Origin: an uncultured archaeon
GTDB taxonomy: Archaea; Iainarchaeota; Iainarchaeia; Iainarchaeales; 0-14-0-20-30-16
Assembly (NCBI GenBank): GCA_964595665.1
Contig: CAZQQS010000003.1
Coordinates: forward strand, 33,145-51,705
Length of the DNA stretch: 18,561 nt
Direction of reading: 5' to 3'
A program made the translations under genes and the position numbers. Each line of letters starts with the position of its first letter. Positions within the stretch are counted from its first letter, which is position 1. The notes under the pieces are model-generated. The model saw only the letters and a program-made list of their open reading frames with translations. It was not told where the DNA came from and did no database searches. Positions 14,642 to 18,561 of this stretch are shown piece after piece.

Positions 14642-15457
14642 TTATCTTAATTTTCTTTTTCTTAATTTTTCAAATAATCCTTTTTCCTTTTTATCTTTAT
14701 ATTCTGTTCGTCTACGCAGTTTTCCAGAAATCTTTTCGCTAAATACTAAGAATTGTTCTTCTTGATCTCTTGCACCTATGTGTCTATGCGGAGCCAAAGT
14801 TTTAAAATCAGCATCTTTTCTTATTGTTAAAGCATCTCTAAAAAAATATCTTAAAAATGGTTCTAATTCAAATCGTCTTACTAAAATTCTTGATTCTTCT
14901 TTTAATAATTGCCAACAAGCTGTTAAACTAAAAGAATACATTCCAACTATATCAGATCTTGTAGGTAAAAATAAAGGCATAAATGGATGTGCTTTTTCAT
15001 ATTGATTTCCTACAACCATTCTTGAACTTCTTGATTTATTATATTGCGCAGCAGTTTTTGCTAAAGTATATAATGATTTTTTAGGCACTTCTAACATATC
15101 CGCATCTAAAAAAACTACTGCTTCAGGATTATATTTAACGGCTGTTCTTAAACCTTTAAAGAAAGCAAATCCTTTTCCCATATTCTTATCTAATTGTGTT
15201 AAAATAACTTCTGCATTTCCATTAGCATATTTTCCTAACAATCTTCGTTTTAAAACTTCTTTTATAGTATTGTCTGTTGGACCATCTGTTACTATTATTA
15301 TTTTTAAAGACAAACCTGTAGCTCGAATCAAATCTACAGTTCTACCAATATTTTTTTCTTCATTAAATGTTGGAATAACTACAACTGTTTTAGGCATATC
15401 TTCATAATTAATTTCTCTTTCTATAGATTTAACAACCATAATAAAATACCCAAGCAT
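14642..15457 (-). CDS. Soluble GT-A fold glycosyltransferase (GT2-like) with basic C-terminal tail
   Basis: Motifs are TVVVIPTFNEEKNI, IIIVTDGPTDNT, NMGKGFAFFKGL and VFLDADM, with no TM. The tail is RRRTEYKDKKEKGLFEKLRKRKLR. The stop lies 2 nt from the tRNA-Cys 3' end (convergent). Confidence 0.8.
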   Translation of the reverse strand: MLGYFIMVVKSIEREINYEDMPKTVVVIPTFNEEKNIGRTVDLIRATGLSLKIIIVTDGPTDNTIKEVLKRRLLGKYANGNAEVILTQLDKNMGKGFAFFKGLRTAVKYNPEAVVFLDADMLEVPKKSLYTLAKTAAQYNKSRSSRMVVGNQYEKAHPFMPLFLPTRSDIVGMYSFSLTACWQLLKEESRILVRRFELEPFLRYFFRDALTIRKDADFKTLAPHRHIGARDQEEQFLVFSEKISGKLRRRTEYKDKKEKGLFEKLRKRKLR

Positions 15458-15488
15458 TAATTTATATATTTAATTACTTTTTTATATT

Positions 15489-15893
15489 ATGAAAAAATTT
15501 GCTTTAACTAAAAAAGATTTAGAATTAATTACTATCGCAAAAAAACTAATTAAAAAAAGATATACAAGAAATGATACTTTTCATTCTAGTGTTGGGGCAG
15601 CATTAAAAACTAAAAAAGGAAATATTTATTTAGGCGTGAACATTCATAGTTTAACTTCTACGCCTACATCAATAGATGCTGAACAAAATGCTATGGGTAA
15701 TATGGTTACTTGCGGTGAAAAAGATATTGATACTATCGTTGCAATTCATAATCCTAAAGGAAAAAATTTAATAATATTCCAACCTTGTGGAACTTGTAGA
15801 CATATAATGAGCCAATTTGGAAATCCATTTGTAATAATTGATATGGATTACAAAGTTAAATTATCTGATTTATATCCTTTACCAGTTAAATAA
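15489..15893 (+). CDS. Cytidine/blasticidin-S deaminase-like protein (CDA fold) with atypical first zinc-ligand position
   Basis: SVGAALKTKKGNIYLGVNIH...IDAEQNAMG...IVAIHNP...PCGTCRHIM aligns by eye to small tetrameric CDA/BSD proteins (CAE ... PCGxCR). The expected C/H-A-E reads D-A-E (codon gat). Confidence 0.8.
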   Translation: MKKFALTKKDLELITIAKKLIKKRYTRNDTFHSSVGAALKTKKGNIYLGVNIHSLTSTPTSIDAEQNAMGNMVTCGEKDIDTIVAIHNPKGKNLIIFQPCGTCRHIMSQFGNPFVIIDMDYKVKLSDLYPLPVK

Positions 15894-15902
15894 ATATAAT
15901 AA

Positions 15903-16382
15903 CTAATTCAATAATACAATTGCAAAATTTAAGATTGTTGCAAAAGTAACCCACAATAAATATGGGATTAACAAAAAAGCACTTGCTTTTGATATTTTAT
16001 AAAATACAATTATATTTGTTAAGATAATTGCCCATAAAACAAATATTTCAATTAATGCATATAATGGATTTCGTAAACCAAAAAACAATAAAGACCACAA
16101 AAAATTCAAAAATAATTGAATACTATAAATAATGTATGCTAAATTTTTATTTTTATATTTATTTATCCAAATTAAATAAAAGCTTATACCAATTAAAATA
16201 AACAGAAAAGTCCATACTGGTCCAAATAACCAACTAGGTGGTTGAAATACTGGTTTGGCAATAGTTAAATACCAAGAGCTAACCGAACTTCTAGTAAAAA
16301 ATGAACCCAAAAAACCAATAATTAATGGAATAACAATGCTTATTGCTAACTTAACTAAATTAAACCAATTAAACTTTTTCAT
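15903..16382 (-). CDS. tspO: TspO/MBR family tryptophan-rich sensory protein
   Basis: 159 aa with five TM helices. Hallmark Trp-rich segments are SWYLTIAKPVFQPPSWLFGPVWTFLF, LFLNFLWSLLFF and LIPYLLWVTFATILN. Confidence 0.9.
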   Translation of the reverse strand: MKKFNWFNLVKLAISIVIPLIIGFLGSFFTRSSVSSWYLTIAKPVFQPPSWLFGPVWTFLFILIGISFYLIWINKYKNKNLAYIIYSIQLFLNFLWSLLFFGLRNPLYALIEIFVLWAIILTNIIVFYKISKASAFLLIPYLLWVTFATILNFAIVLLN

Positions 16383-16432
16383 AATAGTATAATTCTATTT
16401 AATATATAAACCTTTTCCACTATATTTACTAT

Positions 16433-18561
16433 ATGCCAATATTAAAGATTTCATTAACACCTAGAGAATACCAAACTAACATATATAACGAAATCTTAAA
16501 AAAAGGCTCAACTTTAGTTGTTTTACCTACTGGATTAGGAAAAACAATTATTGCCATAATGTTATTTGTTAATTTATTAGAAAAAAAGACAAATACAAAA
16601 ATATTGTTTTTAGCACCTACTAAACCATTAGTAGAGCAACATTTAGAAAGTATAAAAAAATTTTTGTATGTTGATAGTGTTGCAATAACTGGAACAATAC
16701 CCCCTAAAAAAAGAAATAAATTAATTGAAGATAATAACATAATTATAGCAACTCCTCAAACAATTGCAAATGATTTGCCAACTTTAAATGTAAATTTTGA
16801 TTGTATTGTTTTTGATGAAGCACACAAAGCACAAGGATTATATGCCTATACTTTAATTGCAAAAAGATATACTAAATCATTAAAAATTGGATTAACTGCT
16901 TCACCAGGAACAAAAAGAAGTGAAGTAAAACAAGTTATGTCTAATTTAGGTATGGAAAATTTAGAAGTAAAAAATGAAACTGATTCTGATGTTTTACCTT
17001 ATGTGCATGAAACAAAAACTTATTGGATTAAAGTTTCTTTACCAGAGCAATTACAAGAAGTTAATAAACTATTAAATGAATTTATTAATGAAAAAGCTAA
17101 TCAATTAAGAAGTATAGGTTATGCATTAAGACATGGCTTTACACAAATGGAATTATTAAATATCCAAAAACGAATTTTTGTAGAATTAGAACAAAAAAAT
17201 CCTTTAGCATTTAGGGGGATTTCTATAATTGCATCAATGTTAAAAATAAATCATGCAGTTACTTTATTAGAAACTCAAGGAATAAATGCATTAAAAACTT
17301 ATTTTGATAAACTAACAAAAGAAAATGATGATAAAAAGTCTAAAGCTGCAAAAACTATCTTTAATGATGAAAAGGTTAAAAAATGTAAATTAATTTTAGA
17401 TGGTTTAAATTTAATGGATATTGAACATCCAAAAATAAAAAAACTAGAAGAATTAATTTTACAAGAATTAAATAAAAACCCAGATCAAAAGATAATAGTT
17501 TTTAATCATTATAGAGATTCTGTCACTTATTTAGAAAGTACTTTAAATAAAAATCCTTTAATTTCAGCAAAAAGATTTGTAGGGCAAGCTTCAAAGAATA
17601 ATGATAAAGGTTTAAATCAAAAAGAACAAAAAGAAATTATTGACGATTTTAAACAAGGAAAATATAATGTTTTAATTGCTTCTAGTGTTGCTGAAGAAGG
17701 TTTGGATATTCCGCAAGTAGATACAATATTTTTTTATGAACCTGTTCCTTCTGATATAAGAACAATACAGAGAAAAGGTAGAACTGGAAGATTCAATGCG
17801 GGGCAGATATTCATATTAATTACTTCTAATACAAGAGATGAAATGTTCTATTATAGTTCTTTGAAAAAAGAAAAAACTATGAAAGATACTTTACAAAAAC
17901 TATCTAAAAAAGAATCTTTAACAGATAAATTAAAAAAAATTGATAGTGTAAAAGATCATATTGAAATTATTGAAAAAGAAAAACCTAAAATAATAAAACA
18001 AAAACTTCTTAATGAAGTTATAGAAGAAATTGAAGCAAATAGAAATGAAAAAAAAAAGTTAAATGATAAAATAACAATAATTGTTGACACAAGAGAAAGA
18101 AATTCTTTAGCTGCAAAAGAATTAAATAATAAAGATTGTGAAATTATTGAAAAACAACTAGGCATAGGAGATTATCAAGTTGGGGAAGATACAATAATTG
18201 AACGTAAATCTGTTTCGGATTTTATTGCAAGCATTTTAGATGGACGTTTATTTAGCCAGGCAATAAAACTAACTTCTTTTGAAAAAGCTTTATTAATTGT
18301 TGAAGGCAATTTTGAGAATGCTTTTGAAGAACGGGATATAAATAAACAAGCAATTCATGGCGCGATGTTTTCAATTATGTTAGAGTTTAAGATTCCAATT
18401 CTATTTGCATTAGATGGTTATGAAACTTGTGATTTAGTTTATCAATTAGCTAAAAGAGAACAATTGAAAAGAGATAGACCAATAAGCTATAGAGTTGTTA
18501 AAAAAAGCGATAGTTTACATGTTAATCAAAGAAACATTTTAGAAGGTTTTCCTTTTGTTGG
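16433..18561 (+). CDS. hef: Hef-type helicase/nuclease (SF2 helicase fused to ERCC4/XPF nuclease), partial, continues past window end
   Basis: My own translation from the ATG at 16433 is open to the window edge (709 codons). It is absent from the track because no stop is reached. Helicase motifs are LPTGLGKT, DEAH, TASPG and QRKGRTGR. The ERCC4 signature is VDTRE...GDYQVGEDTIIERKSVSDF. Confidence 0.9.
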   Translation, partial: MPILKISLTPREYQTNIYNEILKKGSTLVVLPTGLGKTIIAIMLFVNLLEKKTNTKILFLAPTKPLVEQHLESIKKFLYVDSVAITGTIPPKKRNKLIEDNNIIIATPQTIANDLPTLNVNFDCIVFDEAHKAQGLYAYTLIAKRYTKSLKIGLTASPGTKRSEVKQVMSNLGMENLEVKNETDSDVLPYVHETKTYWIKVSLPEQLQEVNKLLNEFINEKANQLRSIGYALRHGFTQMELLNIQKRIFVELEQKNPLAFRGISIIASMLKINHAVTLLETQGINALKTYFDKLTKENDDKKSKAAKTIFNDEKVKKCKLILDGLNLMDIEHPKIKKLEELILQELNKNPDQKIIVFNHYRDSVTYLESTLNKNPLISAKRFVGQASKNNDKGLNQKEQKEIIDDFKQGKYNVLIASSVAEEGLDIPQVDTIFFYEPVPSDIRTIQRKGRTGRFNAGQIFILITSNTRDEMFYYSSLKKEKTMKDTLQKLSKKESLTDKLKKIDSVKDHIEIIEKEKPKIIKQKLLNEVIEEIEANRNEKKKLNDKITIIVDTRERNSLAAKELNNKDCEIIEKQLGIGDYQVGEDTIIERKSVSDFIASILDGRLFSQAIKLTSFEKALLIVEGNFENAFEERDINKQAIHGAMFSIMLEFKIPILFALDGYETCDLVYQLAKREQLKRDRPISYRVVKKSDSLHVNQRNILEGFPFV

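Noticed and set aside
1-18561. CRISPR array, alternative genetic code, or a recognisable defence/toxin-antitoxin system
   Set aside because: No spaced direct repeats were seen. TAA, TAG and TGA all terminate well-supported ORFs (for example TGA at 1255-1257, 2198-2200, 8698-8700 and 12312-12314, and TAG at 6367-6369). No nuclease/ATPase pairs typical of defence systems are present apart from the DNA-repair enzyme Hef.

Overview
The window is very AT-rich (GC not computed), gene-dense and free of mobile elements. It reads as archaeal and most resembles a small-genome DPANN-type archaeon. Archaeal evidence: a Sec61-beta homologue; a Hef-type helicase/ERCC4 nuclease; a tRNA-Tyr with the archaeal/eukaryal C1:G72 pair and a 64-nt intron at position 37/38 in a bulge-helix-bulge context; tRNAs without encoded CCA; TATA boxes about 26 nt upstream of leaderless starts mixed with GGTGA-type Shine-Dalgarno sites. 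I support 21 CDSs and 3 tRNAs (Ile-GAU, Tyr-GUA, Cys-GCA). Recognisable products are an LpxH-like metallophosphoesterase, two GT2 glycosyltransferases, a cold-shock protein, a DEAD-box helicase, MscL, a ZIP transporter, a blasticidin-S/cytidine-deaminase-like protein, TspO and Hef (runs off the 3' end). The rest are membrane or surface proteins without clear family. They include two tightly coupled operons (577-3926 and 11526-14436) encoding Asn-rich, multi-beta-sandwich surface proteins. The best candidate for something undescribed is the co-oriented pair at 3923-5671. It combines a stand-alone voltage-sensor-like four-helix protein with no pore domain and, 30 bp downstream, an LpxH-like lipid phosphoesterase. 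This resembles a split prokaryotic version of a voltage-sensing phosphatase, but the link is inference only. No CRISPR array, integrase, transposase or recognisable defence system is visible. All functional calls come from by-eye motif recognition and no searches were run.
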